Below, in pieces: positions 17,760-28,898 of a DNA stretch of 64,000 nt. This stretch comes from Rhizobium sp. (GTDB lineage: Bacteria > Pseudomonadota > Alphaproteobacteria > Rhizobiales > Rhizobiaceae): NCBI RefSeq assembly GCF_036383055.1, contig NZ_DASVPC010000195.1. One strand, given 5' to 3'. A program made the translations under genes and the position numbers. How positions within the stretch are numbered: the first letter of the stretch is position 1; the number at the start of each line of letters is the position of its first letter. Under the pieces are notes generated by a model. It had not been told where the DNA came from, did not search any database, and saw only the letters and a program-made list of their open reading frames with translations.

Positions 17760-19400
17760 CTACTTCGAGATCGGCCATACGAAATTCGTGTCGAAGCTTG
17801 GGCCGAGCTTGAAATCCTTCACGTCCTTGCGATAGCCGGCCACTTCCGTCTGCTGATAGAGGAAGATGAAGGGGCTGGCTTCCAGGTACTTCTTCTGGAT
17901 ATCCTGATACATGGCGGCGCGCTTGGCGGTATCGACCTCGAACAGGGCGGCCTTTGTTTCCTTGTCGAGCTCCGGCGTCGTCCAGGTATTGCGCCAGGCA
18001 AGCGTCTTGTTGGTGCCAGCGTCGGAATTGTCGGGGTTGTTGGTGAACGTATCGGCGTTGGAATGGGGATCCCAATAATCGTTGCCCCACTGACCGTAAT
18101 AGATGTCATGATTGCGGGCGCGATACTTGGTCAGCTTCTGCTTGCCGTCGCCGGGGATGATTTCCACCTTGATGCCGGCCTGGCCGAGCGTCTGCTGGAT
18201 CGAGGTGGCAATGCCGGTGTCCGGCTCGATGCTGCGCGCGTCCATGGTCACGGAGAAGCCGTCCGGCAGGCCGGCCTTCGCCAGCAATTCCTTCGCCTTG
18301 GCGACATCCAGCTTGAACGGATTTTCGTCCAGCGCGCCGAGCAGGCCCTTCGGCTCGAAGGTCTGATGGATTTCGCCGATACCCTTGATCAGCGTCTTGC
18401 CGATGGCGTCATAGTCGACCAGGTACTTGAATGCCTGCTGCACTTCCGGCTTGGCAAGGTTCGGGTTCTTCTGGTTGAGGCTGATGTAATAGATCGTGCC
18501 CTTTGGCGCGCTGGTCGAGGCAAGCTGCGCGTTCTTCTCGACGGCGGCAAGATCGGTCGGCGACAGGTTGCGGGCAATATCGATATCGCCGTTCTCCAGC
18601 GCCAGGCGCTGTGCCGAGCTTTCCTTCATGAAGCGGTAGATGACGCGGGTAAGCTTCGGCTTGTCGCCGTAGTAATTTTCATTGCGCTCGAGAACCACGG
18701 CCTCGTTGGCACGCCATTCGCGCAGCTTGAACGGCCCGGAGCCGGCAAAGCCGGTCTTCAGCCAGCTGTTGCCGAAGTCGTTGTCATACTTGAAGTCGGC
18801 CGTCGGCGTCGCCGGCTTGACATGTTGCAGAACCAGCTTCTTGTCGACCACTTCCGCGACCGTGGCCGTCAGGCAGTTCAGCACGAAGCTCGGTGCGTAA
18901 GGCTTATCGACGGTGAAGACGAAGGTGTTCGGATCGGTTGCCTTGGCCTTTTCCGTGACATTGTCGCCGGTCAGGCCGAATTGGGTAAGAATGAAGGCCG
19001 GGCTCTTGTCGAGCTTGACGACACGCTCGAAGGACCACGCAACATCCTCGGCGGTGATCGGATTGCCGGAGGCGAATTTCAGGCCGGGTTTCAGCTTGAA
19101 CGTATAGGTCAGGTGATCGTCGGAGACCGACCAACTCTCGGCAAGATCGCCCTGGATCTTGGACGTGTCGTTGATATCAAGGCGAACGAGCAGGCTGTAG
19201 CTGTTGCCGGTGATTTCGGCAGCGGAGAGCTCATAAGCCTCGGCCGGGTCCATGCTGAGGATATCGTCGAAGGCAAAGCCCTCCACCAGCGTATCCTTCG
19301 GCGTTTCGGCAAAGGCGTTCGGTGCTGCCATCAGCAAAATCGAGAGAGCCGCGCCGGCCGAAAGGGCGCGGAAGCTGCGGTTCATCCTGGTCATCATCAT
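17760..19400 (-). CDS. Peptide/nickel ABC transporter substrate-binding protein (SBP family 5)
   Basis: Signal peptide ...LLMAAPNAFA/ETPKD, length of about 540 aa, and first position in the ABC operon. Confidence 0.9.
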   Translation of the reverse strand: MMMTRMNRSFRALSAGAALSILLMAAPNAFAETPKDTLVEGFAFDDILSMDPAEAYELSAAEITGNSYSLLVRLDINDTSKIQGDLAESWSVSDDHLTYTFKLKPGLKFASGNPITAEDVAWSFERVVKLDKSPAFILTQFGLTGDNVTEKAKATDPNTFVFTVDKPYAPSFVLNCLTATVAEVVDKKLVLQHVKPATPTADFKYDNDFGNSWLKTGFAGSGPFKLREWRANEAVVLERNENYYGDKPKLTRVIYRFMKESSAQRLALENGDIDIARNLSPTDLAAVEKNAQLASTSAPKGTIYYISLNQKNPNLAKPEVQQAFKYLVDYDAIGKTLIKGIGEIHQTFEPKGLLGALDENPFKLDVAKAKELLAKAGLPDGFSVTMDARSIEPDTGIATSIQQTLGQAGIKVEIIPGDGKQKLTKYRARNHDIYYGQWGNDYWDPHSNADTFTNNPDNSDAGTNKTLAWRNTWTTPELDKETKAALFEVDTAKRAAMYQDIQKKYLEASPFIFLYQQTEVAGYRKDVKDFKLGPSFDTNFVWPISK

Positions 19401-19436
19401 GTTTTCGTTCCCTTATTTGAACTTTTATCAGTCTGA

Positions 19437-20504
19437 TTATGCACGCGGCGCGCTGCCCTCTCCCCAGGCGGACGCCAGAATACGAAGCCAATTCTCTCGG
19501 CACAGCTTCGCAAGATCGTCCTCACCATAGCCAACGTTCCGGAGCGCAGCAATCAGCTTTTGATTGCCGGCGGCATCGCCGATATCCGCCGGAATCGTCG
19601 CCCCGTCAAAGTCCGATCCGAGGCCGACGCAATCGATGCCGACGCGCTTGATGAGATGGTCGAGATGGCGGATCATCACTTCGATCGGCGTGTCGGCATC
19701 CGAGCGGCCGTCCTCGCGCAGCATGGCGGTCGCGTAGTTGAGGCCGACGATCCCACGGCTCTCCTTGATGGCGTCGAGCTGCTTGTCGGTGAGGTTGCGC
19801 GCAACCGGGGTCAGCGCATGCGCGTTGGAATGGCTGGCGACCAGCGGCTGGTCCGATGTCTTCGCCACATCCCAGAAGCCCTTTTCGGTGATATGGGCGA
19901 GGTCGATGACAATGCCGAGCCGATTGCATTCGCGCACCAGGGCAAACCCCGCATCCGTCAAGCCCGGACCGGTGTCCGGCGAACTTGGATAGGCGAAGGG
20001 CACGCCATGGGCAAAGACGTTGTTGCGGCTCCAGACCGGGCCGAGCGAGCGCAAGCCCGCCGCATAGAAGATCTCGAGCGTAACGAGATCAGCATCGATC
20101 GCCTCACAGCCTTCCATATGCATGACGGCGGCGAAAATGCCCTTTTCCATGCTGTCGCGGATGTCTGCGGTCGACCGGCAGAGCTTCCAGGCGCCGGCAC
20201 GGTCGAGCTTGAGTGCGATCGCGGCCATTTCCAGCGCGATATCGAGCGACGGCGCCCGCTCCAGCGGTGCGGCGAGCGGCGTCGCATAGTGGCCGTTGCG
20301 GTCGGGTTCGGCAAAGACGAGATGGCCGGAAGGGATATAGATGGCGCAGAGACCGCCGGCGAGACCGCCCGCCTTGGCGCGCGGCGCATCGATATGTCCG
20401 ATCGATATCCCATCCCTGAATTCGGCGACTGGATCGGCGCCTTCATTTGTATGATGCCAGAGCCTCAGCAGAACGTCGTTATGGCCATCGAATACGGATT
20501 GCAT
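19437..20504 (-). CDS. Membrane dipeptidase, peptidase family M19
   Basis: N-terminal FDGHNDVLLRLW and internal HSNAHAL / DFDG motifs characteristic of renal-type dipeptidases. It lies directly upstream of, and co-oriented with, the ABC genes. Confidence 0.85.
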   Translation of the reverse strand: MQSVFDGHNDVLLRLWHHTNEGADPVAEFRDGISIGHIDAPRAKAGGLAGGLCAIYIPSGHLVFAEPDRNGHYATPLAAPLERAPSLDIALEMAAIALKLDRAGAWKLCRSTADIRDSMEKGIFAAVMHMEGCEAIDADLVTLEIFYAAGLRSLGPVWSRNNVFAHGVPFAYPSSPDTGPGLTDAGFALVRECNRLGIVIDLAHITEKGFWDVAKTSDQPLVASHSNAHALTPVARNLTDKQLDAIKESRGIVGLNYATAMLREDGRSDADTPIEVMIRHLDHLIKRVGIDCVGLGSDFDGATIPADIGDAAGNQKLIAALRNVGYGEDDLAKLCRENWLRILASAWGEGSAPRA

Positions 20505-20620
20505 CGTCTATCCTGGATAAAGCGCTCGAACGAGCGGAGGGAAAGCGGCCAGAATAGAAAAGATGACAGAATTCGCCATCCCTAAATGAAAAAAATCTTC
20601 ATGGACATGAAGGGCGCGGA

Positions 20621-20651
20621 TACACGAAAAAGGCGGGGCAAAACCCCGCCT
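20621..20651 (-). terminator. Rho-independent terminator after the sugar ABC operon
   Basis: AGGCGGGG (20631-20638) pairs with CCCCGCCT (20644-20651). On the minus strand it is followed by TTTT (complement of 20627-20630), 27 nt after the permease stop. Confidence 0.65.
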
Positions 20652-20677
20652 TGAGAGGACCAGAAATTTGGACCGTT

Positions 20678-21703
20678 CTAGCGTTTCGCCCGCTTCTTCT
20701 GGCGGTAGACGTCGATGGCGACGGCGGCGATGATGATCACGCCCTTGGCGATTTCCTGATAGTATGCGTCGACGTTCAGGAAGGTGAAGCCCGAGATCAT
20801 CACGCCGAGGATGACCGTGCCGATCACCGTGCCGGCGATGCGTCCGACGCCGCCGGTGAGCGAGGTGCCGCCGATGACGGCCGCTGCAATCGCATCCAAT
20901 TCATAGGTGACGCCCATGCCGGCCTGCGCCGTCTGGACGCGCGCCGCGGTGATGATGCCCGCAAGACCCGCCAGCAGACCGGCGATCGCATAGACCTTGA
21001 CCAGATGCGCCTCGACATTGATGCCGGAGACGCGCGCCGCCTGAATGTTGGCGCCGATCGCATAGGTGAACTTGCCGTAGCGTGTGTAGCGCAGCACGAT
21101 ATGGAAAGCGAAGGCAACCACCAGGAAGACGATGACAGGCCAGATGCCGGTGCCGATGAAGTTGAACTGGTCGGTGAGACCCGAGATCGGCTGACCCTTG
21201 GTATAGAGCTTCGACAGGCCGCGCGCCGAGACCATCATGCCGAGGGTGGCGATGAAAGGCGGTATCTTCGTTCTCGTGATCAGCAGGCCGTTGACGTAGC
21301 CGGCGGCAAGACCGATCAGCAGACCGATGCCGATCGGAACGAAGAACGGCAGATCGGTGAGCGCCGGATAGAGCGCCCGCGCCCAGGTGGAGGACTGGGC
21401 AAAGCTTGCGGCAATCATCGCCGTCAAGCCGACGACGGAGCCGGATGAGAGATCGATGCCCCCGGTGATGATGACCTGCGTCACCCCGACCGAGATGATC
21501 CCGATGACCGAGACCTGCAGGATCATGATCTTCAGGCGCTGGATGTTGAGCAGGAAGCTCTGGCCGACAAAGATCCAGCCGAGAACCTCGCAGACAAGCG
21601 CAATGCCGATCAGCACCAGAAAGATGCCGAGTTCCGGCGGCACGCGGCGGCGCCTCGAGCGCGTCAGCGGCGGTGCGACCGTCTCTGCGACTTTGCTAAC
21701 CAT
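20678..21703 (-). CDS. Sugar ABC transporter permease (RbsC-like)
   Basis: Polytopic BPD_transp_2-type protein. GGGAGG lies upstream of the ATG. Confidence 0.9.
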   Translation of the reverse strand: MVSKVAETVAPPLTRSRRRRVPPELGIFLVLIGIALVCEVLGWIFVGQSFLLNIQRLKIMILQVSVIGIISVGVTQVIITGGIDLSSGSVVGLTAMIAASFAQSSTWARALYPALTDLPFFVPIGIGLLIGLAAGYVNGLLITRTKIPPFIATLGMMVSARGLSKLYTKGQPISGLTDQFNFIGTGIWPVIVFLVVAFAFHIVLRYTRYGKFTYAIGANIQAARVSGINVEAHLVKVYAIAGLLAGLAGIITAARVQTAQAGMGVTYELDAIAAAVIGGTSLTGGVGRIAGTVIGTVILGVMISGFTFLNVDAYYQEIAKGVIIIAAVAIDVYRQKKRAKR

Positions 21704-21736
21704 GGTTCAATCCTCCCTTGCGATGGCCGGCACGGA

Positions 21737-23278
<1,542 letters not shown>

Positions 23279-23353
23279 CTTTTCTCTCCCGGAAAGTGGC
23301 GGAATTCGTGAGGATGCGGGCTCACGCGCCCGCATCCGTCGATAGCGGCGGCG

Positions 23354-24283
23354 TCAGTTCTTCTTGACGAAGTCCTTGACGTTTGCCGGCGTCACGAGCT
23401 GGAAGGGAATGTAGACCTTCTTCTCGACCTTCTCGCCCTTGGCAAGCTTTAGCGCGGCATCCACCGCACCCTTGCCCTGGCCGGCGGCATCCTGGAACAC
23501 CGTGACCTTCAGATCGCCGGCCTGCATCGAAGCCAAGGCATCCTGCGTGGCATCGACGCCGGCGACGACGATCTTGTCGAGCGACTTGCCGGAAGCCTTC
23601 AGCGCCTGGATTGCGCCGATCGCCATTTCGTCGTTGTTGGCGATGACGGCATCGAATTCGAGGCCGCTGGAAAGCCAGTTGGTCACAAGGTCGGCGCCCT
23701 GGGTACGCTGCCAGTTGGCGGTCTGTTCCTGGACGATGGTGATGCCCTTGCATTCGTCGGTGGCGAGAACGTCATGCACGTCCTTGGTACGCATGCGGGC
23801 CGCCTGGTTGGACAGTTCACCCATCATGACGACGGCCTTGCCCTTGCCACCGAGAAGACGGCACACTTCCTTGGTTTCCAGCGTGCCGGATTCCTGCTCG
23901 TTGGAGGCGACAAACGCCTGCCCTTCCGGCAGGCTGTCGACGTTCGCCGGCTCGCGGTTGACGTAGATCAGCGGGATCTTCGCTTCTGCCGCCAGCTTCG
24001 AGATGGCCGCAGTCGCATCCGTATCGACCGGGTTCACGATGATGGCATCGACCTTACTGGCAATGAAGTTCTGGATCTGGCTCTGCTGCTTGGCGATATC
24101 GTTCTGCGCGTCTTCGACCTGCAGGTTCACGCCCTTCACGGTTTTGGCGTAGTCCTGCATACCGTTGCGCAGAACGGTCAGGAAGTTGTCGTCGAACAGC
24201 GCCATCGACACGCCGATGGTTTCGGCATGCGCCGCCGTCGAGAGCATAAGCGCCATAGCGGAGCCAAGGATAAGTTTTCGCAT
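23354..24283 (-). CDS. Sugar ABC transporter periplasmic binding protein (RbsB-like)
   Basis: Signal peptide MRKLILGSAMALMLSTAAHA/ETIGV and a Peripla_BP-type body. GGGAGG lies 6 nt upstream of this ATG. Confidence 0.9.
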   Translation of the reverse strand: MRKLILGSAMALMLSTAAHAETIGVSMALFDDNFLTVLRNGMQDYAKTVKGVNLQVEDAQNDIAKQQSQIQNFIASKVDAIIVNPVDTDATAAISKLAAEAKIPLIYVNREPANVDSLPEGQAFVASNEQESGTLETKEVCRLLGGKGKAVVMMGELSNQAARMRTKDVHDVLATDECKGITIVQEQTANWQRTQGADLVTNWLSSGLEFDAVIANNDEMAIGAIQALKASGKSLDKIVVAGVDATQDALASMQAGDLKVTVFQDAAGQGKGAVDAALKLAKGEKVEKKVYIPFQLVTPANVKDFVKKN

Positions 24284-24570
24284 GATTTTCCTCCCAATTG
24301 CGGTGTCCGGCCACACCCCTCATTAATACCGGAACCCTCGGTTTCGACCGCAGGGCCAACAATCCAAGCTGCCATCACTCCCATAACGGCAACCTAAAAA
24401 CGGAACAAACAAACCGTAAAATTCTCTATGCGGAATATTTATTCCATTTCCCAGGGAAAACGTCAACACTATTTTGTAACCGTCTTGGCGGAGACGGAAT
24501 TCTCAGGGCGATAACGGAGTTTTCGATGGGGAAAGGCTGTAAAAGCCGGCGTCCGAACCCACATCTCAGC

Positions 24571-24610
24571 CACCCAACCCAATGGAACGTCCGTTCCATT
24601 GGGTCGGGTG
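24571..24610. repeat. Large intergenic palindrome (19-nt arms, one mismatch, 2-nt spacer)
   Basis: CACCCAACCCAATGGAACG-tc-CGTTCCATTGGGTCGGGTG, lying between the divergent rbsB-like and DUF1993 genes. Confidence 0.8.
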
Positions 24611-24670
24611 GCATAAAACGCCGTCGATATCGGGCCGAATACCCCCACCGGCCGACAATGGAGAACCAGC

Positions 24671-25177
24671 ATGCCCTCGATGTACCGCTTTTCAGTTCCC
24701 GTCTTTCAACGCGGCCTCACAATCCTTGCGACCTATCTCGATGCGATCGAGACCTATGCCGCGGAAAAAGGCATAGACCCCAAAGAGCTTGTCGGCGCGC
24801 GCCTTATCGACGACATGCTGCCGCTTTCCGGCCAGTTCCAGCGCGCCTCCGATGGCGCCAAGCTCGCCATCGTCCGGCTGACCGGCGTCGAGGCGCCGCG
24901 CTTCGAGGACAATGAGACGACCGTCGCTGAGCTACGCGAGCGCCTGAAGAAGACACAGGATTTCCTGGCGACGATCACGCCGGAGACGATGGCGGGCAGC
25001 GAAAGCCGCGAAGTGACGATTTCCCCCGGCGGCAAGACGATGGTCTTCACCGGCGAGGACCTGCTCGCAAGCTTCGCCCTGCCGAATTTCTTCTTCCACG
25101 TCACCACCGCGCACGCCATCCTACGCAGCCGCGGCCTGCCGGTCGGCAAGATGACCTATCTTGGGGCGTTCTCTTGA
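24671..25177 (+). CDS. DUF1993 domain protein
   Basis: MPSMYRFSVPVFQRGLTILATYLD... with a length of about 168 aa, typical of the DUF1993 family. Confidence 0.75.
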   Translation: MPSMYRFSVPVFQRGLTILATYLDAIETYAAEKGIDPKELVGARLIDDMLPLSGQFQRASDGAKLAIVRLTGVEAPRFEDNETTVAELRERLKKTQDFLATITPETMAGSESREVTISPGGKTMVFTGEDLLASFALPNFFFHVTTAHAILRSRGLPVGKMTYLGAFS

Positions 25178-25198
25178 TGGATTGCTGCTGAACGTTGA

Positions 25199-26755
25199 TC
25201 AGGGCCGGCGTGAAACCGGCCCTTTTTCCGTCAGCTCGGTATAGGCGAGCGTCTGGTCGAGATGCCGTGCCCTGAGCGACAACAGCTTTTCGGCATAGTC
25301 CAGCCGCACCGCCGCATAATCGCCGTCAGCGGCGACATTGGTCAGCTCCGCCGGATCCTTCAACAGATCGTAAAGCAGCGGCGGCAGTCCGGCGAAATGC
25401 ACATATTTGAAGCGCTCGTCCCTGATGACAGCGAGATTGCAGGCATTCGACCTCAGCCCGAAATGCCGCTCCGATTCGCCGCCGGCGATATCGCGGAAAT
25501 CGAATTCCCAGAACGCAGCATCGCGCCAGCTCTCCGGCTCCCCACCTTCAAGGAAGGGCACAAGCGTCTCGCCGTCAAGGTGATTGTCGGGCGCAAGACC
25601 GAGCCGGTCGCACAGCGTCGGAAAGATATCGGCGGCACTGGTGAAGCGCTCGACCTGCCGGCCCGCGCCTGCCGGACGACCGGGATCACGGATGACCAGC
25701 GGCACATGATAGCTGCCATCGAAAAAACCGCCTTTGCCGAGCATCCAGTGGTCGCCCATCATTTCGGCATGGTCGGAGGTGAAGATGATCAGCGTATCGT
25801 CCCAGGCGTCCGCATCCTTGAGCGCCTGCCAGATCCGTCCGAGTTGCGTGTCCACCTCGGCGATCATGCCGTAATAGATGGCGCGGATCGCGGAGAGATC
25901 CTCCGCTGTCCAGTCACTCGCGGATCCTGCACCGCCATGAATGAAACTACCCTTGCCGATCAAGGGCAGGGCGAAGGCAAGAAAGGGATGCACCGCCTGC
26001 TCCGCATCACGATCGGCAGCCCGCACAAACGCCGGTCCATCGCTCGCAGAAAACATGCGGTTATAGGGTTCCGGCACCGAAAACGGCGGATGCGGTCTCA
26101 GGAACGAGACATGCGCGAACCAGGGCGCATCCTGTTCGCCGAGCCAGCGAATGAATTCGCCGGCGAGAAAGGCCGTCTGCGTCTCGTCCTTGGAATAGGC
26201 GGGTGCCGCGTCGGAAATTTCGCCGGGCTTCGCCCCAACGGGAATATGAATGTCGCGGCTCGTCGCCCCCGCATGGCCGCGCGAGCGCAGCCAGGAGAGC
26301 CATTGCTTCTCATGCTCGGGCAGGAGTTGGCGGGCGCTGAAGCCGGGGAGCACACCTTCATAGGTGGTCAGGTGCGGATCGTTCGGATCCATGCAGCGCG
26401 GATCGGGCGCCGTATCGGTATAGCCGAATAGCGTCGGATCGTAACCGCCGCGCCGGGCAGCAAGCGCCAGATTGTCGAACCGCGCATCCAGCGGTGATCC
26501 ATTGCGGCAGACGCGATGGTTCATCTGATAGAGGCCGGTATAAAGTGTCGCGCGCGCCGGCGAACAGGGCGCCGTCCCGGCGAAGTGACGGGCAAACAGC
26601 ACGCCGTCTTGCGCCAGCGCATCGACATTCGGCGTCTTGACGCTTGCATGGCCGACAGCGGAGAGGCAATCGCCCCGCCACTGATCGGCAGATATCAGCA
26701 ATACGTTCGGGCGTTTGCCCGAGGCACGCCGCTCAGTGCTGGTTGGATTTAGCAT
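25199..26755 (-). CDS. Sulfatase (arylsulfatase family, Cys-type formylglycine motif)
   Basis: PNVLLISADQWRGD near the N-terminus, a C-x-P-x-R motif (APCSPARATLYTG) and DHAEMMGDH. Start set at MLNPTST, which overlaps the galE 3' end by 23 nt; the track ORF extends to 26878. Confidence 0.85.
   Translation of the reverse strand: MLNPTSTERRASGKRPNVLLISADQWRGDCLSAVGHASVKTPNVDALAQDGVLFARHFAGTAPCSPARATLYTGLYQMNHRVCRNGSPLDARFDNLALAARRGGYDPTLFGYTDTAPDPRCMDPNDPHLTTYEGVLPGFSARQLLPEHEKQWLSWLRSRGHAGATSRDIHIPVGAKPGEISDAAPAYSKDETQTAFLAGEFIRWLGEQDAPWFAHVSFLRPHPPFSVPEPYNRMFSASDGPAFVRAADRDAEQAVHPFLAFALPLIGKGSFIHGGAGSASDWTAEDLSAIRAIYYGMIAEVDTQLGRIWQALKDADAWDDTLIIFTSDHAEMMGDHWMLGKGGFFDGSYHVPLVIRDPGRPAGAGRQVERFTSAADIFPTLCDRLGLAPDNHLDGETLVPFLEGGEPESWRDAAFWEFDFRDIAGGESERHFGLRSNACNLAVIRDERFKYVHFAGLPPLLYDLLKDPAELTNVAADGDYAAVRLDYAEKLLSLRARHLDQTLAYTELTEKGPVSRRP
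25202..25227 (+). terminator. Rho-independent terminator after the DUF1993 gene
   Basis: GGGCCGG (25202-25208) pairs with CCGGCCC (25216-25222), followed by TTTTT (25223-25227). It overlaps the 3' end of the convergent sulfatase gene. Confidence 0.7.
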
Positions 26756-27722
26756 GCCAGTTCCAGGCGGATTCGATGATCCGCGACAGATCGTATTGCG
26801 GCGACCAGCCAAGAACGTCCCGGGCCTTGTCGTTGTTAGCGACCAGCGTCGTCGAATCGCCCTCGCGACGGCCGACATATTCGACCGGGAACGGCCGGGC
26901 TGACACGGTTTCGATCGCGCCCAGCAACTCCTTGACCGTCGTGCCAGTGCCGGTGCCGAGGTTCAGCGCGACGGACTCACCGCCCCTGAGCAGATATTCC
27001 ACCGCCCGCACATGCGCGTCCGCAAGATCGAGGACGTGGATATAGTCGCGCACGCAGGTTCCGTCGCGCGTGTCGTAATCGCTGCCGAAGACCTTGAAGC
27101 CCTGGCGGCGGCCGAGTGCTGCGTCGATCGCCAGCGGGATGGCATGGGTTTCCGGCGTGTGCCACTCGCCGATGCGGCCTTCGAAATCAGCGCCGGCGGC
27201 ATTGAAGTAGCGCAACACCACGGAACGCAGGCCCTTGTATTGGTCGTAGTCGGCAAGCGCCTGCTCGACGATATATTTGGTGCGGCCATAGGGATTGATC
27301 GGCACCTGCCGGTGGCTCTCGTCCAGCGGCACGCTCTGCGGCAGGCCATAGGTGGCACAGGTGGAGGAGAAGACGAAAGCCTCGACGCCTGCCGCCTGCG
27401 CCGCCGCCAGCAGCGTCAGCGTACCGATGACGTTGTTTTCGTAGAAGGAGACGGGGTCCTTGACGGATTCGCCCACCTCGATTAGCGCCGCAAAATGCAG
27501 GATGGCGGCCGGCTTGTATTTCGCCAGGACTTCATCGAGGCGCGCCCGGTCGCGGATATCGCCTTCTTCGGCCGGACCCCATTTGACGAATTCGCGATGA
27601 CCGTTGGAAAAATTGTCGTAGACGACGGGCTGAAAACCCTTGTTCGCCAGATCCAGACATGTGTGCGAGCCGATATAGCCGGCGCCCCCGACCACAAGAA
27701 CCGTTTCCCCTGCCATAGCCAT
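26733..27722 (-). CDS. galE: UDP-glucose 4-epimerase
   Basis: VLVVGGAGYIGSH Rossmann motif, a YGRTK-type catalytic motif (PYGRTKYIVE) and a length of 329 aa. Confidence 0.9.
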   Translation of the reverse strand: MAMAGETVLVVGGAGYIGSHTCLDLANKGFQPVVYDNFSNGHREFVKWGPAEEGDIRDRARLDEVLAKYKPAAILHFAALIEVGESVKDPVSFYENNVIGTLTLLAAAQAAGVEAFVFSSTCATYGLPQSVPLDESHRQVPINPYGRTKYIVEQALADYDQYKGLRSVVLRYFNAAGADFEGRIGEWHTPETHAIPLAIDAALGRRQGFKVFGSDYDTRDGTCVRDYIHVLDLADAHVRAVEYLLRGGESVALNLGTGTGTTVKELLGAIETVSARPFPVEYVGRREGDSTTLVANNDKARDVLGWSPQYDLSRIIESAWNWHAKSNQH

Positions 27723-27736
27723 CCCTTCTCAACGAT

Positions 27737-28558
27737 TTACTGCTCAAAGCACGCAAGATCGCGCTTGATCCGAGGCGTAGAGTTAGAGACCTCTGGGAGA
27801 GTTGCAAGACCAAAAAAAGGCGATGACTTCGCAAGCGCAGCAAAGAGGAGGAGGTCCAGCGCTATCGCTCGACGGGACGAGCCGCTTGCCCTGCCCGCAT
27901 GCAACAGAATTCCGGCGAGCGCCACAACTGGCGGCACGAGGAAACATGCGACGCCGATCAGCATGAAAAGCAGGGCCGCCGCCGCACAGCCGAAGACAAA
28001 ACCACCAAGCGTCGCCCCCATCCGGCCAAGCCTCGCCTTGGCGGCGGCCTTCGCTTCGGGCTCTACTCCACGCAGGAGATCGGCGATATCGATCATGATC
28101 TGCGTCGTCGTCCCGGTCATCATCGTCGTCGGCGGCGCCGTGCCGAGATGAACGCGGTGCAGGGCATTCTGAACGGCCATCGCCGACACCAGCGTCATCC
28201 CCGTCAGGATCGCCTGCCAGCCGTCGCCACTGACAAACGGGCCGAAGCCAAGGGTAAAGACGGCGGCAAGCGCCAATAGCAGGAAATTCAGCATGAGGAT
28301 CACCGGTAGCACCGGAAAATTGCGCCGAGACAGCTCGCCGCCGAGCAGACGGGCGAGGATCACGACCATGCAGAAGACCGGCAGCGCCAGCAGCTTGGCC
28401 GCAGCGCCCGAGGTTCCCAGCACCATCGCGGCGGCGAAGGTGACGAAGTTGCCAGTGACATGGGCGGTAAACAGGCCGTGCAGGGCCAGAAAGCCGGCGG
28501 TATCGACATAACCGCCATTGATGCTCAAGAGAGTGGGCAGGCTCGGCTTCATCGACAA
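27737..28558 (-). CDS. DUF1275 (YoaK-like) membrane protein
   Basis: INGGYVDTAGFLALHGLFTAHVTGNFV signature and multiple TM helices. Confidence 0.8.
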   Translation of the reverse strand: MSMKPSLPTLLSINGGYVDTAGFLALHGLFTAHVTGNFVTFAAAMVLGTSGAAAKLLALPVFCMVVILARLLGGELSRRNFPVLPVILMLNFLLLALAAVFTLGFGPFVSGDGWQAILTGMTLVSAMAVQNALHRVHLGTAPPTTMMTGTTTQIMIDIADLLRGVEPEAKAAAKARLGRMGATLGGFVFGCAAAALLFMLIGVACFLVPPVVALAGILLHAGRASGSSRRAIALDLLLFAALAKSSPFFGLATLPEVSNSTPRIKRDLACFEQ

Positions 28559-28622
28559 CCTGGTCTCCGCTGCGATCCATCAGAGAGTATGAATCCTTAT
28601 CTCGCGAAAACGAAAGCGATGT

Positions 28623-28838
28623 CTAGCTATTATGCCCCTGTTCCAGCGTCGCGATCTCGTCGGATATCTCGCGGATCCTCTCCTTCAGATCCGCTTCAGT
28701 GCCATCCTCGATCTCTCCGTCGCCGAAACAATAGCGCGCTATATACAATTCGAGCTTGGCTTCCAGCTCCGTCCGCCGGGCATATAATTGCTTGAGATAT
28801 TTATTACGCATAACGAACCACGCATTCTGAGAAAACAT
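28623..28838 (-). CDS. Hypothetical small coiled-coil protein
   Basis: ORF only, helical and charged (..RRTELEAKLELYIARY..LKERIREISDEIATLEQ). No clear RBS; the start could be the internal MRNKYL. Confidence 0.4.
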   Translation of the reverse strand: MFSQNAWFVMRNKYLKQLYARRTELEAKLELYIARYCFGDGEIEDGTEADLKERIREISDEIATLEQGHNS

Positions 28839-28898
28839 GTCTCAGGATACTAAATAAGCATGCGAGCAAAAAGTTTCGATAGGTGCCACTGCCGGCAC

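Noticed and set aside
27783-28580. 265-aa alternative-frame ORF overlapping the DUF1275 gene
   Set aside because: The other frame gives a coherent multi-TM YoaK-like protein with the family signature. This frame is Arg/Gly/Pro-rich.
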